A stretch of DNA of 64,000 bases, from NCBI GenBank assembly GCA_028819215.1, contig JAPPMG010000066.1:21752-85751 (forward strand). The letters are read 5' to 3'. Within the stretch, counting starts at the first letter, position 1; the number at the start of each line of letters is the position of its first letter. The notes under the pieces are model-generated. The model was not told where the DNA came from. It was given only the letters and a program-made list of their open reading frames with translations, and searched no databases. The translations under genes and the position numbers were made by a program. The DNA comes from Bryobacterales bacterium (GTDB lineage: Bacteria; Acidobacteriota; Terriglobia; Bryobacterales; UBA6623). Below are positions 1-10,057 of this stretch, piece by piece.

Positions 1-871
1 GCTCCAGGTCATGCGCCAGCGCGGCGAGGTCGACGGGCCGGTCGCGGGCGGGAACCTGCACGGCATCGCGGCCACAGATCCGCGCTGAGGCAACCGAGCG
101 CGCTTCCAAGCGAGCGAACCGCCGCAGGCCGCAAGTCGGACAGTCCGGTCGCGGCGTGTCGGCCCGCAAGGCCGCGCGTTCGCCGCTCCAGACGTCGATC
201 GTGACCAATCTACGTTCCAAGGCGTCCGTGCGTCCCGCGAGGATCTTGAGCGCCTCGACGACCTGCAGAGAGGCAACCAGCGAGGTGACGGCGTTTAGCA
301 CGCCGGCGGTGTCACATGTCGGCTGGCGGCTCTGCGGCGCATCGTCGAACAAGCACTCCAGGCAGGCTGTCTGGCCGGGGAGCACCGGCATGATCGAGCC
401 GTGCGTGCCCACGGCCGCGCCATAGATCCAGGCGATGGAACGCTTGGCCGCAACCTCGTTGATCAGGAAGCGCGTCTCGTAGTTGTCAGTTCCGTCGAGG
501 ATCACGTCGGCCGACTCCAGCAGCCGCTCAGCATTGGCAGCCACTAGATCCTTGACCACGGGCACAACGGTGACCCCGGAATTGGCCCGGTGCAGCGCTC
601 GCGCCGCAGCCTCCGCCTTCGGCACGCCGCGCGCCGCATCGTCTTCGTCGAACAAGACCTGCCGCTGCAGGTTGCTCTCCTCGACATAGTCACGATCGAC
701 CAGCAGCGTTGTGCCAACGCCGGCCCGCACGAGCAGGGCTGCCTGCATCGTTCCAAGCGCTCCACAGCCGACCACGGCCGCGCAGCTGGCAGCCAGCCGT
801 TCCTGCCCCTCGCCGCCGATCTCGGCCAGCAGCCTCTGCCGAGAATAGCGGTCGCTGGCGTTGGTCGTCAT
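1..871 (-). CDS. ThiF/MoeB-family adenylyltransferase (partial, runs off the left edge; absent from the ORF track)
   Basis: Manual translation from ATG at 871: MTTNASDRYSRQ...VVGCGALG...VDRDYVEESNLQRQ...DGTDN...CLECL...CPTCG. Shows the RYSRQ, GxGxxG, SNLQRQ and two CxxC motifs. Confidence 0.9.
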   Translation of the reverse strand, partial: MTTNASDRYSRQRLLAEIGGEGQERLAASCAAVVGCGALGTMQAALLVRAGVGTTLLVDRDYVEESNLQRQVLFDEDDAARGVPKAEAAARALHRANSGVTVVPVVKDLVAANAERLLESADVILDGTDNYETRFLINEVAAKRSIAWIYGAAVGTHGSIMPVLPGQTACLECLFDDAPQSRQPTCDTAGVLNAVTSLVASLQVVEALKILAGRTDALERRLVTIDVWSGERAALRADTPRPDCPTCGLRRFARLEARSVASARICGRDAVQVPARDRPVDLAALAHDLE

Positions 872-964
872 GCAGCGATAGGGGACGCGGCCCGCTGTTC
901 GATGCTAGCAGCGCATCCTGCCTCGGCTGTTCGGCAGGGACTTAACCTTATAATTCTCATAGAA

Positions 965-3931
965 TTGCACCGAGCGCGGCTGACTCTTCTAGCTCTTCAC
1001 GTCCTACTGGTGGCTCCCAGCGCCGCCGGGGATTACTTCGGCGCTCCGATTTCGGGGATCGCCTTCGATCCCCCGCTCGCCGTCGAAACGCGCGCGGCGA
1101 CCGAGAAACTGCTCAGCGTGCGCGTCGGCCAGCCGCTCGAACGGGCGGCGCTGCGCGAATCGATCCAAGCCCTTTTCAGGACCGGTCGATACAGCGACAT
1201 ACTCGCTGACGCCACGCTTGGCGAGGACGGCGCGCGACTGACATTCTTGACCATGCCCGCATGGTTCGTGGGCAACGTCCGCGTGGAAGGTGTCGAGCGG
1301 CCGCCCTCCTCCGGCCAACTGATCAACGCCACCCAGCTGCGGCTCGGCACGATCTTCACCGAAGAGAAGCTGGGCGAGGCGATCAGCTCTCTGCGCGAAG
1401 TACTCATCGACTACGGCTTCCGGGAGGCGGCGATCGACCACGCCCTCGTGCGTGACCCAGAGACTCAGCAGGTTCACATCGACCTCGCGGTGACCAGCGG
1501 GCGGCGGGCCCGCATCGGCGCACTGCTGTTGGCAGGCGAGGGGCTCTCGTTGGACGCCGAGGAGATCCGCGCGATCACGGGCTGGAGGAGGGATTCGATA
1601 TTCCGGCGTGACCGCATCCAGCGCGGCATTGGGCGCTTGCGGGAGCACTTTCAGGCGCAGGGCTACTGGCAGTCTGAAATCCGAGCCCAAGCCGCCGAAT
1701 ACCGGCCGGCCGACAACCAGGTCACGTTGGTGGCGCGAATCCGACGCGGCCCGAAGACCTCCGTCCGCGTCGAAGGGGTGCGCATGAGTCAGAAGCGGCT
1801 GCGCCGGCTTCTCACGCTCTACTCCAGAGGTTCGATCGATGACGACCTGCTCCGCGCCGGGAGCGCCAGCCTAGCGGAGTACTTCCAGGGCCGGGGCTAT
1901 TTCGACGCGGCCGTGAGCTTCGAGGTCGAGCGATCCACCGCAGACGAGGTCGCGATCGTCTACCGTGTCGACCGCGGCCGGAGGCGGCAGCTGAGGGACA
2001 TCGAGATCACGGGCAACCGCTATTTCGATGACGGCACGATCCGCGAACGCCTGCAGCTAGGCACGGGCAACTCGGCCTCTAGTCCCGGATCCTTTAGCCC
2101 GGCGCTGCTCTCGCAAGACCTGCAATCCCTGCGGCAGCTGTACGCCTCGAACGGATTCCGAGAGGCCCGCGTGAATGGGGAGGTCCTCCCCGGCATCGAC
2201 GGAAACCCGAATCACTTGGCCGTCGCGATCTTCATCGAGGAAGGGCGGCAGACGCTCGTTTCCAGATTGGTCACGAGCGGGATGTCAGAGTTCCCGGCGG
2301 ACGAATCGACGTTCGAATTCGCCTCGGCCCCGGGCCAGCCCTTCAGCGAGTCCAGCATCGCCACCGACCGCCAGCGCATCCTGCGCGAATTCTTCGACGC
2401 GGGCCATCAGGATGTCAACTTCGACTGGCGCTCGGAACCGGACGAGTCGCCCGGCCAAGTAGTCGTGTACTACGACATCCGGCATGGCGAACCGAGGCAG
2501 ACTGGCCGCGCCATTCTGTCCGGCGCCGAGAAGACGCGGGGCGAAGTCTTGACGCGCCAGATCGAAGTGGCCGCGGGAGAGCCCCTCTCGCAAGCCAGCA
2601 TGTTCGCGACACAGCGCAACCTCTACGACCTCGGCGTCTTCTCCAAGGTCGAAGTAGCGCTGCAGAACCCGACTGGGATCGAAGAATCCAAGGACGTGCT
2701 GATCCAGGTCGAGGAAGCCAGGAGGTGGGCGCTCGGGTTCGGCGGCGGCGCGGAGTTCGGAAGGTTCGGGCGGAACACTGCAGAGCTGACCAATCCAGTC
2801 GGCGACGCGGGCTTCAGCCCGCGCATGACCGTCGAGGTGACCCGGCTGAACGTAATGGGCAAGGCCCACACGCTGAGCTTCAACACGCGCCTGTCATTGC
2901 TGCAGCAGCGCGGCCTGTTCACCTACGAGGCACCGCGCTGGTTCAACTCGGATCGCTGGCGACTGACCGTGACCGGCCTGTATGACACGTTCCGCAATGT
3001 CAACACGTTCACCGGCCGCAGGGTCGAAGGGGCGTTCCAGCTATCGCAAGCGATCAGCGGTCGGGAGACCGCGCTGTACCGATACGCGTATCGCAGAACG
3101 TCTATCGACCAGAACACCCTGAACATCGAGCCGCTGCTCGTTCCGCTGATTTCCCAGCCAGTGCGCGTCGGGCTGATGTCGTCGACGTACATTTCGGACC
3201 GCCGGGACGATCCGACAGACACGACTTCGGGCATGTACAACACCGTGGATATCGCGTTGGCTTCCAAGATCTGGGGCGCCCAGCCCAATTTCGCGCGCAT
3301 GTTCGCGCAGAACAGCACCTATCACCAGGTCCGGCGGCGCGTCGTGTTTGCCCGCACGCTTCAGATCGGGGTCAACGTCCCGTGGGCCGGATTCGGGAGC
3401 GAGGGAGTGGACCGCGAGGGCTTCGCTGTCCGGCCCGATCCTCGCGTGCCGCTGTCGGAACGCTATTTCGGCGGCGGTTCCGCCTCCCACCGCGGCTTCG
3501 CCTACAATCAAGCAGGCCCTCGGGACTCGGCGACCGGTTTCCCGCTGGGCGGCGGCGCTCAACTCTTCAACAGCGTGGAGCTGCGCTTCCCGCTCGCTGG
3601 CCCCGATATCTCGGCGGTGCTGTTCCACGACGCGGGCAACGTCTACTCGCGCCCAGGGCGCATCAGCCTCAGATCTAACCAGCAGGTGCGCACCAACCCT
3701 GGAGGCGGAAAGGAATTCGATTTCGACTATCTCGTCCATGCGATGGGCCTCGGAATCCGCTACCGCACACCCATCGGCCCGCTGCGGTTTGACCTCGCGT
3801 ACAGCCCCAACCCTCCGCGCTTCGTGGGATTCGATGGTACGCGCGAGCAATTGCTGCTAGGAACGGGGACTTTCCGCGAGCAGCGTGCCAGCGCCGTTCA
3901 GTTCCACTTTTCGCTCGGCCAGACGTTCTGA
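965..3931 (+). CDS. Omp85-family outer-membrane protein with multiple POTRA domains (BamA/TamA-like)
   Basis: Repeated POTRA-like segments; C-terminal barrel with ERYFGGG..HRGF, GLGIRYRTPIGPLRFD and terminal FSLGQTF. Start moved to TTG 965: it is followed by a signal peptide, has TATAAT just upstream and avoids overlap with the ThiF gene. Confidence 0.9.
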   Translation: MHRARLTLLALHVLLVAPSAAGDYFGAPISGIAFDPPLAVETRAATEKLLSVRVGQPLERAALRESIQALFRTGRYSDILADATLGEDGARLTFLTMPAWFVGNVRVEGVERPPSSGQLINATQLRLGTIFTEEKLGEAISSLREVLIDYGFREAAIDHALVRDPETQQVHIDLAVTSGRRARIGALLLAGEGLSLDAEEIRAITGWRRDSIFRRDRIQRGIGRLREHFQAQGYWQSEIRAQAAEYRPADNQVTLVARIRRGPKTSVRVEGVRMSQKRLRRLLTLYSRGSIDDDLLRAGSASLAEYFQGRGYFDAAVSFEVERSTADEVAIVYRVDRGRRRQLRDIEITGNRYFDDGTIRERLQLGTGNSASSPGSFSPALLSQDLQSLRQLYASNGFREARVNGEVLPGIDGNPNHLAVAIFIEEGRQTLVSRLVTSGMSEFPADESTFEFASAPGQPFSESSIATDRQRILREFFDAGHQDVNFDWRSEPDESPGQVVVYYDIRHGEPRQTGRAILSGAEKTRGEVLTRQIEVAAGEPLSQASMFATQRNLYDLGVFSKVEVALQNPTGIEESKDVLIQVEEARRWALGFGGGAEFGRFGRNTAELTNPVGDAGFSPRMTVEVTRLNVMGKAHTLSFNTRLSLLQQRGLFTYEAPRWFNSDRWRLTVTGLYDTFRNVNTFTGRRVEGAFQLSQAISGRETALYRYAYRRTSIDQNTLNIEPLLVPLISQPVRVGLMSSTYISDRRDDPTDTTSGMYNTVDIALASKIWGAQPNFARMFAQNSTYHQVRRRVVFARTLQIGVNVPWAGFGSEGVDREGFAVRPDPRVPLSERYFGGGSASHRGFAYNQAGPRDSATGFPLGGGAQLFNSVELRFPLAGPDISAVLFHDAGNVYSRPGRISLRSNQQVRTNPGGGKEFDFDYLVHAMGLGIRYRTPIGPLRFDLAYSPNPPRFVGFDGTREQLLLGTGTFREQRASAVQFHFSLGQTF

Positions 3932-4614
3932 TGACGAAGCTACGGTCAAGCAACATCCCGTATGCGGCCTTGCTGGCAGGCGTCGCCATGGCCGCGGCCA
4001 CCCCGAGGGCCGAGATTGTCGACCGGGTGGCGGCGATCGTCGGCAGCGAGGCAATCACGCTATCCCAAGTGCGCACCCAAATGAACGTGGTCGCCTTGCT
4101 TGACGAATCAGAGCCGGCCGGCCTTGAAAGCGGAGGCAGGGCTGCCTTGGAGGCTCTGATCGACCGGCGCCTGGCAATGCAGGATCTTGCTTTGACACCC
4201 TTCCTGCTGGCCCCGGCTGACGAGGTCGAGGGTCCGCTCCGAGCCCTGAGGGGCCGAACGTTTGCGGGCGGGCGGGACTTCCCAGCCGCGCTGGCGCACT
4301 ACGGGCTCACCGAGGATGACTGCAGGGCCTTCTTCAGGGAAAGGGCCAGTTTCGAGCGCTATGTCTCGTTCCGCTTCAAGACCGGGCAAGACGTGAGCCC
4401 CGGGGCTATCGAAGCCTTCTACCGCGACGAGTACAGCGCTGGACAGGCGGCGCTCGGCGCTCCCATCGAGCCTCTGGAATCAGTGCGGTCGAGCATTCTG
4501 GACATCTTGGCAGAGCGCCAAGCGAACAGGCTGCTCGAGCAGCGCATCATGGAACTGCGGGCCTTGACCCGCATCGAGATCTTGGCGTTCGCGCCCGCTG
4601 GGGGCGGGCAATGA
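3931..4614 (+). CDS. SurA N-terminal-domain-like periplasmic chaperone
   Basis: Signal peptide then EIVDRVAAIVGSEAITLSQV, typical of the SurA N-terminus. No PPIase domain. Overlaps both neighbours. Confidence 0.7.
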   Translation: MTKLRSSNIPYAALLAGVAMAAATPRAEIVDRVAAIVGSEAITLSQVRTQMNVVALLDESEPAGLESGGRAALEALIDRRLAMQDLALTPFLLAPADEVEGPLRALRGRTFAGGRDFPAALAHYGLTEDDCRAFFRERASFERYVSFRFKTGQDVSPGAIEAFYRDEYSAGQAALGAPIEPLESVRSSILDILAERQANRLLEQRIMELRALTRIEILAFAPAGGGQ

Positions 4615-7600
4615 TCAAAGCAGCGCTGACATCGATCCTGCGGCACAGGATCGCACTCGCCGCAACTGCCTTCATCGGGCTGGGCTGGGGTGGCTTCGAA
4701 GCCGCGATCCGCACCGATTGGTTCCTCGACACCCTGCGCCACAGGGCTATCGCGAAGCTGGAGCAGTCACTGGGCGAGACGGTATCGATCGACGAGATCC
4801 GCTTGGGCGACTCGCGACTCGCATTCGAGATCAAGGGGCTCGAGCTGCGTGCCAGCGATGACGCGGCCGCTGCCCCGTTGCTGTCAGTGCCGCATGCCGC
4901 GGCGACGCTCGGGTGGCGATCACTGTTAGGCGGCGTGACCGTGCTCGAATCGCTGAGCCTGCGCGATCCTGTCTTCAATGTGACGGTCGCCGAAGACGGC
5001 CCGGCGATTCTCGGCCAAGCTTCGCAGGAATCGCTGATCTCGGGCCTTGCGGTTCGCCGGTTTGAACTCGACGGCGGCCAACTCGTTTGGAACGGCCGGC
5101 CGTACGACCTAGAATTCCGCGGGACGGGGCTGCGGGTCGAGACGAGGTTCGATCCTCGATCGCAGCGACATACTATCGATGCCGAACTCCGTGATCCACA
5201 GGTCGGCAGTGCCGACTCGTTGGCACTGATCGGATCGACCGTGTCGATGTCGGCCGTGGCCGACACGACGGGTGTCGAAATCACGAGCGCCGAAGTTCAC
5301 GGCCAAGACCTGTCGGCCCAGCTACGCGGCACGATTCGGGGCCGACAACAGCTCTCGGCTCGCTGCGTCTTTTCTCTCCAGTCGACAATCGCGCCCTTGG
5401 CCGACCTGATCGGCTACGCAGGTCTAGGGCTGCTTGGCTCGCTGGCAGCTAGCGGCGAACTGGAATGGGACGGAGCGAGCGGCGCGGTTGCGTATTCGGG
5501 AGGATTCGCGGCATCTTCTGTCGGCTCGTCAGCTCTTGAGCTGGACCTGTCCGTAGCAGGGAGATTCTTCGGGAACGAGTCTTCCGTCGAACTGGCAGAT
5601 CTCGAGGGTGCCGCGCTCGGCGGGGGCTTGCAGGCGCAGGCCACGATCGATGCCCCGTGGCTCGAACCTCGGCTCACTTCCAACGGCAGCGTCAGCGGCA
5701 TCGCGCTCGCGAATGTCGCAACTGCGATGGGATCGACCGTACCGGCGTGGAGCGGTTCGGTGGACGCCGAATTTGACCTCTCCGGCACCGCCCCGCACGA
5801 CCTGCTGGCGAACGTGCGCTTGCAGGTCGCGCCGACCGAGGAGCCATCCACGCTGCCGGTCGGGGGGGACGCGTCATTGCACTTCAGCAGCGCGACCGGA
5901 CGCGTGTCAGTGGATGGGTTCTCGCTCGCGACGCCCAACATACGAGCCAGCGGCAGCGGCGGTTTCGCGGTTGCGGGCGGAGGCGAGCTGCTGGTTGAGG
6001 TTGAGATTGACTCCAAGCAGGCGCTCGAGCGAATCCTGGCCGTGCTGCGAATCGTCTCGCAATTGCCGCCGACCGCTCCGGACGGTCGCTACTCGTACCG
6101 AGGCAGCCTGGACTGGGGGCCCGAGCAGATCGCGAGCGCGACTCTGAGCGGAGACTTCTCGATCGAAGAGTTCACGTTGGGCGGTCAGCGCTGGGACCAT
6201 CTCGCCCTGCAAGGCGTCCTGTTCCCGGATCGCATTGACGTGATGGAAGGCCGCATGGTCGACGGAGCCGGCGACTTGAGGTTCAGCGGAAGCCTGCCTC
6301 TGCAGGAACACGGGGCCCTCGACCTGGCGATTTCCGCGACCGCGATCGACGCTCGCAAGCTGGCGCTCGCAAGCGGCTTTGCGCTTCCGATCGAAGGACT
6401 GCTAGCCATGGAAGCCTCCCTGAGTGGCACGCAGTCCGAGCCAGTCGCGGCAAGCAGCGTCATCGTCGACATGCCGACCTTCTTCGGCGAGCGTTTCGAT
6501 GGCCTCGAAGCGGAGGTTTACTACGACCCAAACGGTTTCGAGCTCCGCAACGCGTCGCTCGAGCGCGGTCAGTCCCGGCTTACCGTCACCGCGTCCACGT
6601 CCGGGCGGACCGAGGAGGCGCGGTTCAGCATGGAAAGCAACAGTTGGCCATTGGAGGAATTCACGTGGGCTCGCGCACTGGCGCCGGGAGTTACCGGCGC
6701 GTTGCGCTTCGATCTCCGGGCCGCAGGCCCGCCAACCCTGAGGGGATCGCTGGGATCGCTCGAGCTTTCTGGCACGTGGGAAGTGTCCGACCTGCGCCGG
6801 CGGGGCCTGGAACTCGGCAACTGGAGCGGCAGCGTAAGCTCCGCGCTTGATGCCGAGAACATCCAACTCGACTGGCAGGCCGACGTCTTTGACGGCACGT
6901 TCCGCGGAGATGCGACGCTGCAGCGGCAGCTCGGCCCTTCCAGTTACAACGGCAGCGTTCAATTCGACAGCCTGAGCACGCAGCGATTGGCGGAGTTTCT
7001 CGACCTGCCAAGCGGCACGCCGCTGGGCACGCTGATGGGCAGCGCGGACTTTGGCGGGGTTGTGGGCTCAGCCGGCACGTTCGTAATGGACGGAACCATC
7101 GAACGGGCCGAGGTCAGCCTGCCGAGTCCGGACGGCGAACCGCACGTGATCTCGAACGTGTTCCCTCTGCGCTGGGGGATCAGGGACGGTGACTTGCGTT
7201 TCGATTCCATGGCGCTGACCGGGCCGGACACCGACTTCCGTATCGATGGCGCAGTCGGTCTGGAGGGGGAACGGTCATTAGACGTGAGCATCGACGGAGA
7301 CGTCGACTTGAGCCTGCTCGATGGCTTCGCAGACGGCATCCAGACCGTCGGGACCACGAGGATTGGCGTGCGCATTCGGGGCACGTTGGATGATCCGTCA
7401 CTCGAAGGATCCGTGGAGCTGGTCGACGCGTCGATCAGTTCTGTCGGGCTGCCGCTCCAGCTCAGCAACCTTAACGGAGCCATCGCGTTTCAAGGCGGCC
7501 AAGGCAGGATAAGCCGGCTGACGGCGACCTCCGGCGGGGGGACGGTTCAGTTCAGCGGCGTGACATCGTTTCGTGACTCGGAATTCGAATACCGCCTACA

Positions 7601-8567
7601 AGCCTCCGCCAGCGATGTCCGCCTGAACTATCCGCCCAGTGTCGCCAGCGTGATCGACGGGGATTTCGTCTGGGCGGGGGCGGGCGGGCGGAGCATCCTC
7701 AACGGCAACATCGTGATCACACGCATGTCGACGGCCAGCGACCTGTCGTTCGCGGACCTGTTCTCGAGTCTGCAAGTGAGCGGGGGCAGCCTCGACTCGA
7801 GCCCACTGCTGGAGGGCCTGCAGCTCAACGTGCACGTAGGAGCCGTCCAGCAACTGCCGATAGAGACATCGCTTGTGCGCGACGTGCAGGCGGATTTTGA
7901 CCTGGACTTTGTGGGAACGCTGGCCAATCCGTCCCTCGTGGGCGCGATCCAGATCGTACAGGGCGAGTTGCGGATGCTCGGCACGCACTACCAGATCAAT
8001 CGGGGGGAGATCCGCTTCATCGACGCCCTGCAAGCGGAGCCCGTCCTCAATGTCGAGTTGGAGACACGCATCCGAGATGTTGATCTTGCCCTGGTGCTGT
8101 CGGGGCCGGGCCGAAATCTGGATTTGAGCTACCGCTCCGATCCGCCGCTGCCGTTCCACGACCTGGTAGACCTGGTTGCCGTTGGCAAGGAGCCGACGAT
8201 CGATCCGAGCATCGCATCACGGCGGCGAATCGAACAGCAATCGCTGGTGCAGACTGGCGCCGACAACATCCTCAGCCAAGCAATCGCCCGCCCGGTTTCG
8301 AAGCGCCTACAGCGCTTCTTCGGCGTCAGCCGGCTCAAGGTGGACCCGCAAGTCGGCGGTCTGGAGTCCAACCCGACCGCCCGCCTGTCGACCGAACAGC
8401 AGATCGCCGACGATATCACGCTGATCTACAGCTACGATCTCTCGTCGGCCCAGCAGCAGGCCATCCGCTTGGAGTGGAATCCCGACCGCAACTGGTCGTT
8501 CATCATGACGCGGGACCAGAACGGCCTGCTGGGTTCCGACGTGCTGTACAAGCTGCGGCTGAGATAG
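4611..8567 (+). CDS. tamB: Translocation/assembly module TamB (AsmA-like) protein
   Basis: 1318 aa with an N-terminal TM anchor, a long Gly-rich beta-taco-like body and a C-terminal DUF490-like region (YRSDPPL...). Confidence 0.85.
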   Translation: MIKAALTSILRHRIALAATAFIGLGWGGFEAAIRTDWFLDTLRHRAIAKLEQSLGETVSIDEIRLGDSRLAFEIKGLELRASDDAAAAPLLSVPHAAATLGWRSLLGGVTVLESLSLRDPVFNVTVAEDGPAILGQASQESLISGLAVRRFELDGGQLVWNGRPYDLEFRGTGLRVETRFDPRSQRHTIDAELRDPQVGSADSLALIGSTVSMSAVADTTGVEITSAEVHGQDLSAQLRGTIRGRQQLSARCVFSLQSTIAPLADLIGYAGLGLLGSLAASGELEWDGASGAVAYSGGFAASSVGSSALELDLSVAGRFFGNESSVELADLEGAALGGGLQAQATIDAPWLEPRLTSNGSVSGIALANVATAMGSTVPAWSGSVDAEFDLSGTAPHDLLANVRLQVAPTEEPSTLPVGGDASLHFSSATGRVSVDGFSLATPNIRASGSGGFAVAGGGELLVEVEIDSKQALERILAVLRIVSQLPPTAPDGRYSYRGSLDWGPEQIASATLSGDFSIEEFTLGGQRWDHLALQGVLFPDRIDVMEGRMVDGAGDLRFSGSLPLQEHGALDLAISATAIDARKLALASGFALPIEGLLAMEASLSGTQSEPVAASSVIVDMPTFFGERFDGLEAEVYYDPNGFELRNASLERGQSRLTVTASTSGRTEEARFSMESNSWPLEEFTWARALAPGVTGALRFDLRAAGPPTLRGSLGSLELSGTWEVSDLRRRGLELGNWSGSVSSALDAENIQLDWQADVFDGTFRGDATLQRQLGPSSYNGSVQFDSLSTQRLAEFLDLPSGTPLGTLMGSADFGGVVGSAGTFVMDGTIERAEVSLPSPDGEPHVISNVFPLRWGIRDGDLRFDSMALTGPDTDFRIDGAVGLEGERSLDVSIDGDVDLSLLDGFADGIQTVGTTRIGVRIRGTLDDPSLEGSVELVDASISSVGLPLQLSNLNGAIAFQGGQGRISRLTATSGGGTVQFSGVTSFRDSEFEYRLQASASDVRLNYPPSVASVIDGDFVWAGAGGRSILNGNIVITRMSTASDLSFADLFSSLQVSGGSLDSSPLLEGLQLNVHVGAVQQLPIETSLVRDVQADFDLDFVGTLANPSLVGAIQIVQGELRMLGTHYQINRGEIRFIDALQAEPVLNVELETRIRDVDLALVLSGPGRNLDLSYRSDPPLPFHDLVDLVAVGKEPTIDPSIASRRRIEQQSLVQTGADNILSQAIARPVSKRLQRFFGVSRLKVDPQVGGLESNPTARLSTEQQIADDITLIYSYDLSSAQQQAIRLEWNPDRNWSFIMTRDQNGLLGSDVLYKLRLR

Positions 8568-8591
8568 GCCTCGGGCGTCTCGCCGGCCGCA

Positions 8592-9674
8592 CTACGCCAG
8601 CTGCAGCGCGGGCTGGGGGGCAAGGCCGAATCCGTCGAATTGCTTGCGCCTCAGGCGGGGGTAGGCCGCGGCGGCGATCATGGCGGCATTGTCAGTTGCC
8701 AGCGCGAGCGTCGGGAAATAGCACGGCAGCGGCAACGACTCGAACGACGCGCGCAAGCCCGAATTGGCCGCGACGCCGCCCGCGACGATGATCGACTCGA
8801 CTTGCTCCTCTTCCGAAGCTCGCACCGCTCGCCTGAGCAGCTCGGAGACGGCGCGCCGCTGAAACGAAGCGATCAGATCGAGGCAGCCTTGGCTCGATGA
8901 GTCCAGCAGGGCCTGGAAGGTGGGGCGCCCGTTGTTCCACAGGGCGCGTCGCGACTCGATCTCCTCGCCGAGGCTGGCGCCTTGAACATAGTGGCGGATC
9001 GCCGTCTTCAACCCGCTAAAGCTCATGTCGAGCGGATTGCCCTTCATGTGCACGACTGGCAGGGGAACCCCTCCGGGGTCGCCGTGCGGTGCCAGCCGGT
9101 CAAGAATCGGCCCGCCCGGGTAGCCGAATCCGAGCAGCTTCGCCACCTTGTCGTAGGCCTCTCCGGCCGCATCGTCGCGCGTGCGCCCCAAGAGCCGGTA
9201 CGCGTAGGCATCCCGGTCACGCCGGTGGACGATGAACATATGGCTGTGGCCGCCGCTCACCACCAAAGCCAGGGCTGGAAACTCAACCTCCCCTCCGGCC
9301 GCTCGACGCTCGAGCACGACGGAATGAATATGGCCCTCGATGTGGTTTACGCCGATCAACGGCACCCCTAGGGATGCCGCCAGCCCTTTGGCGTAGGTGA
9401 CGCCGACCAGCAGCGCCCCGATCAGCCCCGGACCGTAGGTCACCCCGATGGCATCGACGTCTTGGTATCCGATCTCGGCGCGCGCCAGCGCTTCCCGAAC
9501 GACGGGCACGATGGCACGCAGGTGCTCGCGGGAGGCCAGTTCCGGCACCACGCCGCCATACGCGGCATGGACATCGAACTGCGAAGAAATCACATTGGAC
9601 AGCAGACGGTCCCCATCGGCGACCACGGCAGCCGCGGTCTCGTCGCAGGAAGTCTCGATCCCAAGCAGGTTCAT
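8592..9674 (-). CDS. tsaD: tRNA N6-threonylcarbamoyladenosine biosynthesis protein TsaD
   Basis: [57 protein letters not shown]. Confidence 0.97.
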   Translation of the reverse strand: MNLLGIETSCDETAAAVVADGDRLLSNVISSQFDVHAAYGGVVPELASREHLRAIVPVVREALARAEIGYQDVDAIGVTYGPGLIGALLVGVTYAKGLAASLGVPLIGVNHIEGHIHSVVLERRAAGGEVEFPALALVVSGGHSHMFIVHRRDRDAYAYRLLGRTRDDAAGEAYDKVAKLLGFGYPGGPILDRLAPHGDPGGVPLPVVHMKGNPLDMSFSGLKTAIRHYVQGASLGEEIESRRALWNNGRPTFQALLDSSSQGCLDLIASFQRRAVSELLRRAVRASEEEQVESIIVAGGVAANSGLRASFESLPLPCYFPTLALATDNAAMIAAAAYPRLRRKQFDGFGLAPQPALQLA

Positions 9675-9686
9675 CACATACAGGAA

Positions 9687-9718
9687 TGCCCCCGCGAGCG
9701 CTCGCGCCCGCGAGGGCA
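9687..9718 (-). promoter_or_regulatory. 14-bp GC-rich hairpin just upstream of the tsaD start (weak terminator or RBS sequesterer)
   Basis: Minus strand TGCCCTCGCGGGCG-CGAG-CGCTCGCGGGGGCA pairs fully with two G-U pairs. Followed by TTCCTG and then the start codon. Confidence 0.5.
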
Positions 9719-9844
9719 AGGTCGGCGCTGTCGCGCCGGTTTAGATTGCACTGGCAGCACCCTTGGCGCGGCGAGTTGCCGGTCCACGGTCACTACGGCC
9801 CCGCACTGGCAAGAACGGGGCATCGGAACGTCCGAGCAGTCGCG

Positions 9845-9901
9845 CTAACTCTCGGCCACCTCTCCGTCCAGATGAATACTACCAGCAGTACTGTCGTTCA
9901 T
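9845..9901 (-). CDS. Putative 18-aa small ORF / leader peptide MNDSTAGSIHLDGEVAES
   Basis: Perfect Shine-Dalgarno AAAGGAGGTGA (9921-9911) 9 nt before the ATG, downstream of a sigma70-like promoter. Confidence 0.5.
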   Translation of the reverse strand: MNDSTAGSIHLDGEVAES

Positions 9902-9939
9902 GTCTCTGAATCACCTCCTTTGGCCAGTTTGGTAGCCCC

Positions 9940-9969
9940 ATGCTAGCGCAGGGGCGAAATCTCAGTCAA
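9940..9969 (-). promoter_or_regulatory. Sigma70-like promoter driving the sORF/tsaD leader
   Basis: Minus strand TTGACT-N18-TAGCAT. Confidence 0.55.
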
Positions 9970-10057
9970 TCCCCACAACACGACCGAGATTTGAGCGCGG
10001 GAATTCGGTAAACCGCGGCTGCGGCTATGTTTGGCCTCCCGTGCCCCGCGGCGAGCC

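Noticed and set aside
590-964. N-terminal extension of the tracked 1113-aa Omp85 ORF
   Set aside because: Overlaps the ThiF/MoeB gene on the opposite strand; the signal peptide and -10 box point to TTG 965.
9850-9866. GGAGAGGTGGCCGAG (minus strand) resembling a tRNA-Ser 5' end or a glycine-riboswitch GGAGA..CCGA motif
   Set aside because: No anticodon arm, T-arm (TTCRAATC) or acceptor complement, and no CTCTCAGG element.
9909-9921. ATCACCTCCTTT matching the 16S rRNA 3' tail
   Set aside because: No flanking rRNA sequence; better explained as a Shine-Dalgarno on the minus strand.
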